A DNA stretch of 64,000 nt from an uncultured Alphaproteobacteria bacterium (GTDB taxonomy: Bacteria > Pseudomonadota > Alphaproteobacteria > RF32 > CAG-239): NCBI GenBank assembly GCA_944391375.1, contig CALXTJ010000001.1, forward strand, positions 49,729-113,728. Direction: 5' to 3'. The notes under the pieces are model-generated. The model did not search any database, was not told the origin of the DNA, and worked only from the letters and a program-made list of their open reading frames with translations. Within the stretch, counting starts at the first letter, position 1; each line of letters begins with the position of its first letter. The position numbers were made by a program, and so were the translations under genes. Positions 9,187 to 18,146 of the stretch are shown piece after piece.

Positions 9187-9213
9187 ATAGAATGTTTTTA
9201 TAATTTTTAAAGT

Positions 9214-9855
9214 TTATATAAGTTCGGCAATTTCGGCTCTTACATTTTCAACACCCTGCTTTTTCTGGGAGCTGGTAGCTAAAATTAAAGGATAAGCGGC
9301 CGGATGTGCCTTGAGGATGATTTCGGCCTCATGCATGGCTTTTAAGAGCTCTTTATAACTTACTCTGTCGCTTTTGGTAAAAACAAGTTGGTAGGTAACG
9401 GCAGCCTCATCCAGCATTTTCATAATATCGGTATCAACTTTTTTTAAGCCGTGCCGACTGTCTATCAGTAAGAAAACGCGTCTCAAATGCGGCCTGCCTT
9501 TTAGATAAGTAAAAATCATCTGTTGCCATTTTTTTACTTCGGCATTGGGAGCTTTGGCAAAGCCGTAACCCGGCAAATCCACCAGATGAATTTTATTATT
9601 TAAGTTAAAAAAGTTCAATTGTTGGGTTCTGCCCGGAGTAGAGGAGGTTTTTGCCAAATCGGAGCGATTAAATAAGGCATTGATAAGGCTTGATTTACCG
9701 ACATTAGAGCGTCCGGCAAAGGCCACTTCATTTAATGAAGAATCCGGCAGTTGCGATAAGTCGGCAACACCTAATACAAAATTGCAGGGTTCGCAAAAAA
9801 GTTTTCTGCCAACTTCCAGTTTGGGCTTATCAAATACCGGTGGCCTTTTCATCAA
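9214..9855 (-). CDS. engB: Ribosome biogenesis GTPase EngB/YihA
   Basis: The G1 motif is GRSNVGKSSLINAL, with DLPGYG and TKSD motifs. It overlaps the yidC stop by 4 nt. Confidence 0.85.
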   Translation of the reverse strand: MMKRPPVFDKPKLEVGRKLFCEPCNFVLGVADLSQLPDSSLNEVAFAGRSNVGKSSLINALFNRSDLAKTSSTPGRTQQLNFFNLNNKIHLVDLPGYGFAKAPNAEVKKWQQMIFTYLKGRPHLRRVFLLIDSRHGLKKVDTDIMKMLDEAAVTYQLVFTKSDRVSYKELLKAMHEAEIILKAHPAAYPLILATSSQKKQGVENVRAEIAELI

Positions 9856-11540
9856 TCTACTCCGTTTTTACGCATAATGGCTTTTTGTTGCAAAATTGAC
9901 AACACATTGCTTAAGGTCCAGTAAATTACCAAACCGGAAGCAAAATGTCCGAGCATAAAAGTAAAGATTAAGGGCATTAAGGCAAACATTCTGGCCTGAT
10001 CCTTATTGGCAGGAGCGGGATTAAGTTTTTGTTGTATCCACATGGTAAGTCCCATCAAAATCGGCCAAACTCCGATATCCAAAAGGGAAGGCAGAGGAAT
10101 ATGCGACCAAACGGAGATAGTTAAAGGATCGGGAGCCGACAAGTCTTTAATCCAGCCGATAAAGGGGGCGTGCCTGATTTCAATAGATATATTTAATACC
10201 TTATAAAGTGAAAAGAATATAGGTATTTGGATAAACAAGGGCAAACATCCCGAAGCCGGATTGATTTTTTCGCGGCGGTACAAATCCATGGTAGACTGTT
10301 GCAAGAGCATTTTGTTATCTTTATATTTTTCTTGCAGGGCCATAATTTTGGGCTGTATTTTTTTCATTTTAGACATACTTTCGTAGGATTTGTTGGCAAT
10401 AGGGAACATCAACAAACGCAGCAAAGCGGCAAACAGCAAGATAGCCCAACCCATATTACCGATAAAACCGTACAAGAAGGTTAAGATGTAAAAGAAAGGC
10501 TTAGTTAAAAAGTAATACCAACCGAAATCAACGGCCAGGTCAAACTTTTTAATGTTGGCATTATCGGTATAGTTGTCTAAAAGTTTAATTTCTTTGGCAC
10601 CGGCAAAAAAGCGGACTTGTTTGGAAGCTGCAGCACCAGAAGCAATGGTGAGCGGAGCTCCGCGGTAGTCTATTTGGTAGGAGTTATTGCCATTGTTGGT
10701 AAAAGTCAGATTATTGTCCTGTGCATCGTTAAATATAAAGGCACTAAACCAATATCTGTCGGAAAATCCGGCCCAACCTTCGGAAACATTGAAAGTTTCG
10801 GGTTTTTTCTCTTTTAAGTCCTTATATTTTATTTCTTCCAAGTCGCCGTTGATAACACTGCTGATACCCTCATGAACGACGGCACTTTGTTGTTGTTCCG
10901 GATTATATACTCGGCTGATAAGCCCGTAAGGATACAAAACTATCGGATTTTGGGTATTATTTTCTACGGTTTGGGTAATATTGAACAGATAATTATCATC
11001 AACGGATATAGTTTGAATAAATTTTAAGCCCTGTCCGTTATTCCATTCCAAAGTAATGGGGGTTTGCGGGGTTAATTTTTGACCTTTAAGGGTCCATAAA
11101 GTTTCGGCCGAAGGAAGTTTGAGGGAGGTGTCATTACTGAGCCAGCCGACTTCGGCAAAATACGGAGTTTCGGAACCGGCAGGAAACAATAATTCCACAT
11201 CGGGACTGTTTTCCTCAAGAGTTTGTTTGTATTTTGCCAGTTGCAAATAGTCAAAACGAGCTCCCTGAAGACGAATGCTGCCGTTAATAGCGGAATTTTG
11301 AACCGGTATGCGTTGTTGATTTTCAATAATCTCGGCAACAGTCAAGGGTTGATTATCGCCAACGACTTTGTCGACATTGCTTTGAGCGGCAATTTCGGGC
11401 AATTTAGCTTCCGGCTGCGGAGTTGCAGATGTTTTTTGAGCCGGAAACAAATAATTGACTGTAAAAATGATGATGATAGACAGCAAAACTGCCAAATACA
11501 AACCTTTAGTTTCTTCCTTCACTTTAAATAAACTCCTCAA
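9852..11540 (-). CDS. yidC: Membrane protein insertase YidC
   Basis: A 562-aa protein with an N-terminal TM segment, a large periplasmic domain and the conserved C-terminal 5-TM core (…MPLIFTFMLGHFASGLVIYWTLSNVLSILQQ). Confidence 0.9.
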   Translation of the reverse strand: MRSLFKVKEETKGLYLAVLLSIIIIFTVNYLFPAQKTSATPQPEAKLPEIAAQSNVDKVVGDNQPLTVAEIIENQQRIPVQNSAINGSIRLQGARFDYLQLAKYKQTLEENSPDVELLFPAGSETPYFAEVGWLSNDTSLKLPSAETLWTLKGQKLTPQTPITLEWNNGQGLKFIQTISVDDNYLFNITQTVENNTQNPIVLYPYGLISRVYNPEQQQSAVVHEGISSVINGDLEEIKYKDLKEKKPETFNVSEGWAGFSDRYWFSAFIFNDAQDNNLTFTNNGNNSYQIDYRGAPLTIASGAAASKQVRFFAGAKEIKLLDNYTDNANIKKFDLAVDFGWYYFLTKPFFYILTFLYGFIGNMGWAILLFAALLRLLMFPIANKSYESMSKMKKIQPKIMALQEKYKDNKMLLQQSTMDLYRREKINPASGCLPLFIQIPIFFSLYKVLNISIEIRHAPFIGWIKDLSAPDPLTISVWSHIPLPSLLDIGVWPILMGLTMWIQQKLNPAPANKDQARMFALMPLIFTFMLGHFASGLVIYWTLSNVLSILQQKAIMRKNGVD

Positions 11541-11623
11541 AATATCTGATATGTTTTTCTGTTGTAGTATAAAAAAAGTTCAAACGCAAGAGCTTAGAAC
11601 GAGTTGTTAATGAAAAAGCACGG

Positions 11624-11881
11624 TTAATTTTTTGATTTTTTAATTTTTTTTGGCGGTACCGGATCAAAACCGGAGCCTCCCCAAGGGTGGCATCTTAGCA
11701 ATCTTTTTATACCTAAAAAAAGACCTTTGCAAACGCCGTGTATTTGAATAGCCTCAATCATGTATTGGGAGCAAGTAGGACGATAACGACAACATCCCGG
11801 GCAAAAAGGGGATATAAATTTTTGGTAAAACTTAATTAACAAAATAAAGATTTTATTCATTATTTTGCTCCGATAAGGCAA
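11624..11881 (-). CDS. yidD: Membrane protein insertion efficiency factor YidD
   Basis: An 85-aa protein with the conserved [10 protein letters not shown] motif. Confidence 0.8.
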   Translation of the reverse strand: MPYRSKIMNKIFILLIKFYQKFISPFCPGCCRYRPTCSQYMIEAIQIHGVCKGLFLGIKRLLRCHPWGGSGFDPVPPKKIKKSKN

Positions 11882-12274
11882 TTATTCCGGTTTATTTTCC
11901 GGAGCTAAAGGGGAATTATTTTCCGGTTCGGAAAGCATTTTATTAGTTTTTTTCAAGGCCCATTTAATATCGCTTTTTAAGTCTTTAAATTTACAGTCGG
12001 CAGTATTAAAGCGGCTGATTAAAACATAGTCAACATTATCAAGAGCCATGGAAGGGAACACATCACGAACGATGGCTCTTAGTCTTCTTTTGGCTTTATT
12101 ACGGACATGAGCTTTACCGATTTTTTTGGAAGCGGTATAACCGATTCTAAAAGGGGTAGTATCGGTAGATAAATTACGAGCCGCCTGAAGTATGACGGTT
12201 GAAACAACCATTCTGATACCTTGAGCGGCTCTCAAAAAATCTTTTCTTTTTTTTAAGACAAGAATTTTATTCAT
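11882..12274 (-). CDS. rnpA: RNase P protein component
   Basis: A 130-aa basic protein (…KAHVRNKAKRRLRAIVRD…) lying immediately downstream of rpmH. Confidence 0.8.
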   Translation of the reverse strand: MNKILVLKKRKDFLRAAQGIRMVVSTVILQAARNLSTDTTPFRIGYTASKKIGKAHVRNKAKRRLRAIVRDVFPSMALDNVDYVLISRFNTADCKFKDLKSDIKWALKKTNKMLSEPENNSPLAPENKPE

Positions 12275-12281
12275 TGCAAAC

Positions 12282-12416
12282 TTAGGCTGAAAGTTTTTTA
12301 CGACCTCTCAAACGACGAGCGGCCAAAACCTTGCGTCCGCCGGCGGTAGCCATACGAGTACGAAAACCGTGACGACGAGCTCTTACGAGTTTACTGGGTT
12401 GATAAGTTCTTTTCAT
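12282..12416 (-). CDS. rpmH: 50S ribosomal protein L34 (absent from the supplied ORF track)
   Basis: The minus-strand translation is [49 protein letters not shown] ribosome-binding site lies upstream, and the KLSA C-terminus is typical of alphaproteobacteria. Confidence 0.9.
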   Translation of the reverse strand: MKRTYQPSKLVRARRHGFRTRMATAGGRKVLAARRLRGRKKLSA

Positions 12417-12523
12417 TTCAAAATCTCCGGTTAGTTATTAGTTATTTAAAGCTTTTATAAAAAAGCTCTCGGGGTTTCAAAGGGGTTATACTAAGTTTTT
12501 AATTTTAAGTCAAGTCCAAAAAA

Positions 12524-12552
12524 ATAAAAACCGAAAAGCTCCGGTTTTTATT
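12524..12552 (-). terminator. Rho-independent terminator downstream of the histidine kinase gene
   Basis: AAAAACCG-AAAAGCTC-CGGTTTTT, with a T-run on the minus strand. Confidence 0.4.
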
Positions 12553-12578
12553 TAAGCACATATTTTCGTATGTGAGAT

Positions 12579-13934
12579 TTATAAGGGAATGGAAATGAGA
12601 ACCTTCAAGCCTCCCAATTTACTGTCGCCAAGTTCAATGGTTCCGCCGTGCGAAACAATTACATCTTTAGCGATGGACAAACCCAAGCCTACTCCGCCGG
12701 TTTCCTTATTTCTGGAACCTTCAATGCGGTAAAAAGCTTTAAATACATCTTCGCGTTTATCTTTGGGGATTCCCGGTCCGTCATCTTCAACGGTAATTTC
12801 CATTTTATGGTCATTGCTTTCCAAGCCGACAGCCACGGTTTTGCCATAATAAAAAGCATTGGCAATAATATTGGTAATAGCTCTTTTTAAGGCTTGTTCG
12901 CGTCCCTGAATGGCACTTACCTGATCGTTGGTAGTGTAACGAATCATCGTTTTGGAATTACGGAATTTATTTAATATGCTTAAAATCATTTCGTTCATAT
13001 CCACAAAGGTATTTTGTTCACCGCCTTCACCGCTGACAAAGGATAAATAGCCGTCCAGCATTTTTTCCATTTCGGATATATCTTCCATAAATTCTTTATT
13101 ATCTTCATTTTTGGGCAGCATGGCCAGTTGGAGCTTCATACGAGTTAAAGGGGTTTTCAAATCATGAGAGACACCGGCCAGCATTTGTGTTCTTTCGGAA
13201 ATTTGCCGATTGATGCGTTCCTTCATTTTAGTAAAAGCTATGCCGGCTTTTCGTACTTCGGAAGAGCCGTAAGGTTTGAAAGGAGTATCAATTCCTTTAC
13301 CAAAATCTTCGGCAGCTTCGGCCAATTGCTTGATGGAACGAGCCTGAACTCTCAAAAACAAAGCCGAAACCACAAACAGCAACAAAGATGTTCCGACCAT
13401 CCAGGCAATAAATCCGAATACCGAAGAGCTGAAAATGTTTTTAGTAGAAGTCGTAAATTTAAATAAGCCATCTTTAGTATCTACCAAAGTTGTAAGGACC
13501 GATTGTTTTTCGGTTAAGTAGGTAGAGGTAACGGCATCGGGAAAATCTTTATTCAAGGCTTCTTCAAAAAAACCGGTTACCAGTTTGTTGTTACGAGAAG
13601 TTTTGTTCATTTCCGAATGTTTGGTATCGTTATCAAAGAAATCCACATCAATGGCGTAGGTAGATTTTGCCAATTGTTTAAATTCGGGAAAATAACCTGG
13701 ATTTTGCTCGGTTAAACGGACAATAAAGGCCATATTGGAGCTCAAATTTTCCGACAAGCGGCGACCGACCTTGCCCCAACTTCCGTCAAAATAAGCAATA
13801 ATAGATACGATTTGCACCACGATTAACGGGATAAATATCAACAGCATGGTTCTAAAGAACAAAGTTTTGGGCAACAATTTAAGCTTAAGATATCTTAAAG
13901 CACCTTCAACTTTTTTAGGAAATACGATATGCAT
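12579..13934 (-). CDS. EnvZ-like sensor histidine kinase
   Basis: Two TM segments, an H-box (AGVSHDLKTPLTRM) and a HATPase G-box (GGVGLGLSIAKDV). Confidence 0.85.
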   Translation of the reverse strand: MHIVFPKKVEGALRYLKLKLLPKTLFFRTMLLIFIPLIVVQIVSIIAYFDGSWGKVGRRLSENLSSNMAFIVRLTEQNPGYFPEFKQLAKSTYAIDVDFFDNDTKHSEMNKTSRNNKLVTGFFEEALNKDFPDAVTSTYLTEKQSVLTTLVDTKDGLFKFTTSTKNIFSSSVFGFIAWMVGTSLLLFVVSALFLRVQARSIKQLAEAAEDFGKGIDTPFKPYGSSEVRKAGIAFTKMKERINRQISERTQMLAGVSHDLKTPLTRMKLQLAMLPKNEDNKEFMEDISEMEKMLDGYLSFVSGEGGEQNTFVDMNEMILSILNKFRNSKTMIRYTTNDQVSAIQGREQALKRAITNIIANAFYYGKTVAVGLESNDHKMEITVEDDGPGIPKDKREDVFKAFYRIEGSRNKETGGVGLGLSIAKDVIVSHGGTIELGDSKLGGLKVLISIPL

Positions 13935-13967
13935 TTAATTCTCCTTATACGAGTTCATTATTATTTG

Positions 13968-14657
13968 TTACTCAGGCAGAAGCATATAGCCTTTGCCGCG
14001 AATAGTTTGCAAATAGCGAGGATTTTTAGAATCCTTTTCAATTTTTTTACGCAGTCTTGTAACCTGAACATCAACCGAGCGAGGGCTTTGACCGGCACCA
14101 AGGGTTTGAGCCAAATATTCACGAGTAAAAATCTGTCCCGGTTTTTGGCTTAAAATACTCAAGAGCATTTGCTCTACGGGGGTTATATGAATAACATTAC
14201 CCTGCTTATCGGTAAGTTCTTTTTTGGTGATATCATACAAGCAAAAGCCCAGATTAAGTGGTGCGGATTCGTTATTTTTATTTTGAGGAGCTCTTTTCAA
14301 GATATTTTTAATTCTTAATACGAGTTCTTTAGGCTCAAAAGGCTTAGGCAGATAATCATCGGCACCGGCTTCCAGACCGGATATACGGTCGCCGGTTTCA
14401 CCCATGGCGGTAAGCATAATAACCGGCACATTATTTTCTTTGCGTAAATCGGCCAGAAATTCTATACCGTTTTTACCGGGCATCATAACATCAACAATCA
14501 GTAAATCAAACTTATATTGTGATAAAAACATATTTGCCTCATCGGCATCTTTAGCTGCCGATACCGCAAAGCCCTGCTCTTGCAGGAAGCGTCGGAGCAG
14601 GGATCTTAAGCGGGTGTCGTCATCTACGACTAAAATATGGCAAATATCTTTATTCAT
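13968..14657 (-). CDS. OmpR-family response regulator
   Basis: A receiver domain (ILVVDDD…DLLIVDVMMPG) joined to a winged-helix C-terminus (…VDVQVTRLRKKIE…). Confidence 0.85.
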   Translation of the reverse strand: MNKDICHILVVDDDTRLRSLLRRFLQEQGFAVSAAKDADEANMFLSQYKFDLLIVDVMMPGKNGIEFLADLRKENNVPVIMLTAMGETGDRISGLEAGADDYLPKPFEPKELVLRIKNILKRAPQNKNNESAPLNLGFCLYDITKKELTDKQGNVIHITPVEQMLLSILSQKPGQIFTREYLAQTLGAGQSPRSVDVQVTRLRKKIEKDSKNPRYLQTIRGKGYMLLPE

Positions 14658-14659
14658 GA

Positions 14660-15391
14660 TTATTTTTTAGCTTTAGTTGTTGCCGATGTTTTTTTCTTTT
14701 TAGCCGAAGTTTTTTTAAGGGATGTTTTTTTGGTTTTAGCTAAGGGTTGAGGTTTAATAACAATTTTAGCCTCAACGGTTTTGGCTTTTTCCAAATCTTT
14801 AACATAATCAAGACTTTTTTGGAAGTATTGATAACCGGTAATAAAGGTTAAAGCGGCGGCAATCCAGAGCAAAAATTCGCCGATATAAGGCCAAATCCAT
14901 AAGCCATGAAACAGCATCATGGAAAGAGCCGTCATCTGGAAGCCGGTTTTCCATTTGGCCAAACGAGTAACGGGCAGACCGACATTAACTTCGCGTAAAA
15001 ACTCTCTTAAGCCGGATACCAAAATTTCCCGACACAAGATAATAAAGGCCGGTATGTAAGAAAGCTTGCTCCAAACCATATCGGGCTTGGCTAAAATAAC
15101 CACCAAAGCGGAAGCCACCAAGAGCTTGTCGGCAATAGGATCAAGCAAGCGTCCGAAAGCAGATGTTTCGTTGCGGCTGCGAGCCAAATAGCCGTCAAAA
15201 TAGTCGGTTACGGCAGCGATCACGAACAACACGGCAATCAGCATTGTCCATCCGAAAGAAGAGATGTAAAGAGATAAGAATATAACCGGAATAACAATAA
15301 TTCTGGAAATAGTCAAAAGATTAGGCAGATTATACACGATTTCCCCCTTATAACAGTTAAAAGTCCTAAAAACACGAGTAGTATAGAACAA
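14660..15391 (-). CDS. pgsA: CDP-diacylglycerol--glycerol-3-phosphate 3-phosphatidyltransferase with a lysine-rich C-terminal tail
   Basis: The CDP-alcohol phosphatidyltransferase motif is DYFDGYLAR…GRLLDPIADK. The last 40 aa or so are K/T/A-rich (KTKKTSLKKTSAKKKKTSATTKAKK). Confidence 0.8.
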   Translation of the reverse strand: MFYTTRVFRTFNCYKGEIVYNLPNLLTISRIIVIPVIFLSLYISSFGWTMLIAVLFVIAAVTDYFDGYLARSRNETSAFGRLLDPIADKLLVASALVVILAKPDMVWSKLSYIPAFIILCREILVSGLREFLREVNVGLPVTRLAKWKTGFQMTALSMMLFHGLWIWPYIGEFLLWIAAALTFITGYQYFQKSLDYVKDLEKAKTVEAKIVIKPQPLAKTKKTSLKKTSAKKKKTSATTKAKK

Positions 15392-15396
15392 AAATT

Positions 15397-17202
15397 TTAT
15401 TTATGGAAGAAATTATATATTTTTTCAGCTGTTTTTTTACTTATGCCGGCCACTTTGGTTAAATCGGCGATTCCGGCCTGGGCAATTTCCTGTACCGAAC
15501 CGAAGTGATTAAGCAAATCTTTTTTGCGTTTAGCCCCGATTCCCTCAATATCATCAATGCGGGATTTAAATACGGATTTAGCTCTTTTTTTGCGATGCGT
15601 GCCTATGGCAAAACGGTGAGCTTCATCGCGTAAATTTTGCAAATAAAAGGCCAAAGCCGAGCGGTAAGGAAGGGCAAAACTTTGTTTGTTTTTCATGTGG
15701 TAAAATTCTCTGCCGGCATTTCTGTCCGGGCCTTTGGAAATGGCGATTATGGTAATGTCGGACAAGTCATAATTTTTTAAGGCCTCATGAACGGCATGCA
15801 ATTGTCCCAAACCGCCGTCCAGTAAAATTACATCAGGTTTGTTTTCGGGTGCCATTTTTTCAAACCGCCGCAATAAAACTTCTTTCATCATGGCAAAATC
15901 GTCGTTGGTAATATCGGGATTTTTAATATTGAAGGTTCTGTACGACTTTTTATCAAATCCGTCGGGAGTGGCAACTACCATGGCACCTATGGCATAACTG
16001 CCTTGAATGTGAGAGTTGTCGTAGATTTCAATGCGTTGCGGAAGTTTAGGTAAATCAAAGCATTTTTGCATTTCGGTAAGATTATTTTTAACCGAAGTTT
16101 GTTCGGCAATTTTTCTTTCCAAAGCGGCCTTAGCATTTTCTTTGGCATTTTCAATCAGCTTGGCTTTGTCTCCGCGAGTATATAAGGAAATTTTTGTATT
16201 AAGAGCCGATTCCAAAAAGTCCCGATTGGGAAGTTCGTGAGAAATATAAATTTCCTTGGGCGGAGTATGGTTAGCATAAAATTCGCTTATAAAGGCCTCC
16301 AAGATTTCCTGATCTTCGGCATCTTCGGTTTGTTGCGGAAAATAGGGAATGTTGCCGCAATTTTGCCCGTTTCTTATGATAAATAGCTGAATGCATACCA
16401 AATTGTTTTTACGAGCGATGGCAATAATGTCAACTGATTTTAAGGCGGAATATTCCACGGTATTTCCGGTTTGTACGGAGGTTAAAGCTTTTATTCTGTC
16501 ACGAAGCACGGCAGCGGTTTCAAAATCAAGATTATCACTGGCTTGTTGCATTTTAACGGCCAGTTCATCTTGAATTTTGGTGTTTTTGCCTTCCAAAAAT
16601 TCAATTACCTGATTAACCAGTTTATGATATTCTTCTTTACTGATTTTGCCAACGCACGGAGCCGAGCATCTTTTGATTTGGTAGAGCATACAGGGACGCG
16701 TCCGATTTTTAAAGTCGGTATCGCGGCAGGAACGGAGCAGAAAAGCCTTTTGGATAACATCCATAACATAATTAACGGCCGAGGCACTGACAAACGGACC
16801 GAAGTAACGGCAATCGGCGGTGCGTTTACCGCGTTGTTTACGAAGGGCGGGAAAATCTTCATGAGGGTTAATCATCAAATGCGGAAAAGTTTTATCATCT
16901 TTGAGCAGAATATTAAAACGGGGCGAAAAGCGTTTAATCAGTTCGTTTTCCATTAAGAGGGCCTTAGCCTCGTTTTCCACGATAATAAATTCCATCCGAT
17001 TAACTTCGGCGACCATGCGTTTTAGGCGGGTTGGAAGTTTATCAAACTTAGTATAAGCAACGATTCGCTTTTTAATATTTTTGGCTTTGCCGACATAGAG
17101 AACTTCTTCGGTTAAAGAAATCATCCGATAGACACCCGGTTTTTCGGGAGCTATTTTGACATTATTTTTAAGAACATCCAGTCCGTGTTTGATATCAGCC
17201 AT
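15397..17202 (-). CDS. uvrC: Excinuclease ABC subunit C
   Basis: A 601-aa protein with a GIY-YIG N-terminus (GVYRMISLTEEVLYVGKAKNIKKR), a UvrBC-interacting region, and a C-terminal HhH (GIGAKRKKDLLNHFGSVQEI). Confidence 0.9.
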   Translation of the reverse strand: MADIKHGLDVLKNNVKIAPEKPGVYRMISLTEEVLYVGKAKNIKKRIVAYTKFDKLPTRLKRMVAEVNRMEFIIVENEAKALLMENELIKRFSPRFNILLKDDKTFPHLMINPHEDFPALRKQRGKRTADCRYFGPFVSASAVNYVMDVIQKAFLLRSCRDTDFKNRTRPCMLYQIKRCSAPCVGKISKEEYHKLVNQVIEFLEGKNTKIQDELAVKMQQASDNLDFETAAVLRDRIKALTSVQTGNTVEYSALKSVDIIAIARKNNLVCIQLFIIRNGQNCGNIPYFPQQTEDAEDQEILEAFISEFYANHTPPKEIYISHELPNRDFLESALNTKISLYTRGDKAKLIENAKENAKAALERKIAEQTSVKNNLTEMQKCFDLPKLPQRIEIYDNSHIQGSYAIGAMVVATPDGFDKKSYRTFNIKNPDITNDDFAMMKEVLLRRFEKMAPENKPDVILLDGGLGQLHAVHEALKNYDLSDITIIAISKGPDRNAGREFYHMKNKQSFALPYRSALAFYLQNLRDEAHRFAIGTHRKKRAKSVFKSRIDDIEGIGAKRKKDLLNHFGSVQEIAQAGIADLTKVAGISKKTAEKIYNFFHK

Positions 17203-17239
17203 ATTATCACTCTTTCAAGCCCATATTTAACAGAAAATT

Positions 17240-17270
17240 TAGGAAAAGCCAAACAAAAAACCCGCCTTGA
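17240..17270 (-). terminator. Rho-independent terminator downstream of the BI-1 family gene
   Basis: CCCGCC-TTGAG-GGCGGG, followed by TTTTTT on the minus strand. Confidence 0.45.
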
Positions 17271-17297
17271 GGGCGGGCTGTTAATATTGCAAGCCGA

Positions 17298-18026
17298 TTA
17301 TCTTCTGTCGCCCATAATTCTTAACAAGTTAAGGAACAGGTTGATAAAGTCCAGATACAAAGACAAAGCACCGGCAACGGCCTTACGAGTTAAAGTATCT
17401 TCACTGTCGGCGGATATGTACATATTGCGAATTGCCTGAGTATCATAAGCGGTTAAGCCGACAAAGATAGCAACAGTGATGTATGACAAAGCATAATCCA
17501 TGGCCGCACTTCTCATAAAGATATTAACGATAGAGGCAATAATAACGCCCCACAGTCCCATAATCAGGAAGGAGCCCATACCGGTCAAATCGCGTTTGGT
17601 GGTGTAGCCGTATAAGCTCATAGCCCCGAAAGTACCGGCGGTAATTAAAAATACCTTAGCCATACTGGTAGTGGTATACATAAACAAAATCGGGGTTAAG
17701 GAAGCACCCATTAAAGCGGCATAAGCCCAGAATACGCCTTGTACCTGAGCAATAGAACCACGAGTTACCACCCAGTTAAAAGCAAAAACCATAATCAAGG
17801 GGGCAATAAACAAGAGCCATCCCAAGCCGGAAAGACTTACCGTACCGGCGGCATGATTGATATTAAAGAACATACCTATTAAGGAAGTGTTCAAAATAAG
17901 AAAAGATACCAAAGCCGTCAGGCACAATCCTCCGGCCATAAAGTTATAAACTTTAATCATATAGCTGCGTAAGCCTTCGTCAACGGAAGTTCTTTCCACG
18001 GCTGAAGTATAAGATTTTGTTTCCAT
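17298..18026 (-). CDS. Bax inhibitor-1/YccA family membrane protein
   Basis: A 242-aa protein with 7 predicted TM segments in the layout typical of BI-1/YccA. Confidence 0.7.
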   Translation of the reverse strand: METKSYTSAVERTSVDEGLRSYMIKVYNFMAGGLCLTALVSFLILNTSLIGMFFNINHAAGTVSLSGLGWLLFIAPLIMVFAFNWVVTRGSIAQVQGVFWAYAALMGASLTPILFMYTTTSMAKVFLITAGTFGAMSLYGYTTKRDLTGMGSFLIMGLWGVIIASIVNIFMRSAAMDYALSYITVAIFVGLTAYDTQAIRNMYISADSEDTLTRKAVAGALSLYLDFINLFLNLLRIMGDRR

Positions 18027-18095
18027 AATTTTCTCCTAAAAAAATATCACTAATAATAAATATAGAAATTTTTTATTAAAAAATCAATAAGGATA

Positions 18096-18127
18096 TAAAA
18101 AACACCCGCAAGTAAATTGCGGGTGTT
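18096..18127 (-). terminator. Rho-independent terminator downstream of the aminotransferase gene
   Basis: ACACCCGCAA-GTAAAT-TGCGGGTGT with a T-run on the minus strand. Confidence 0.5.
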
Positions 18128-18146
18128 GGTAAAAAGATTGATAAAA

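Noticed and set aside
16543-16956. 137-aa plus-strand ORF inside uvrC
   Set aside because: It is antisense to a conserved uvrC region and is spurious.
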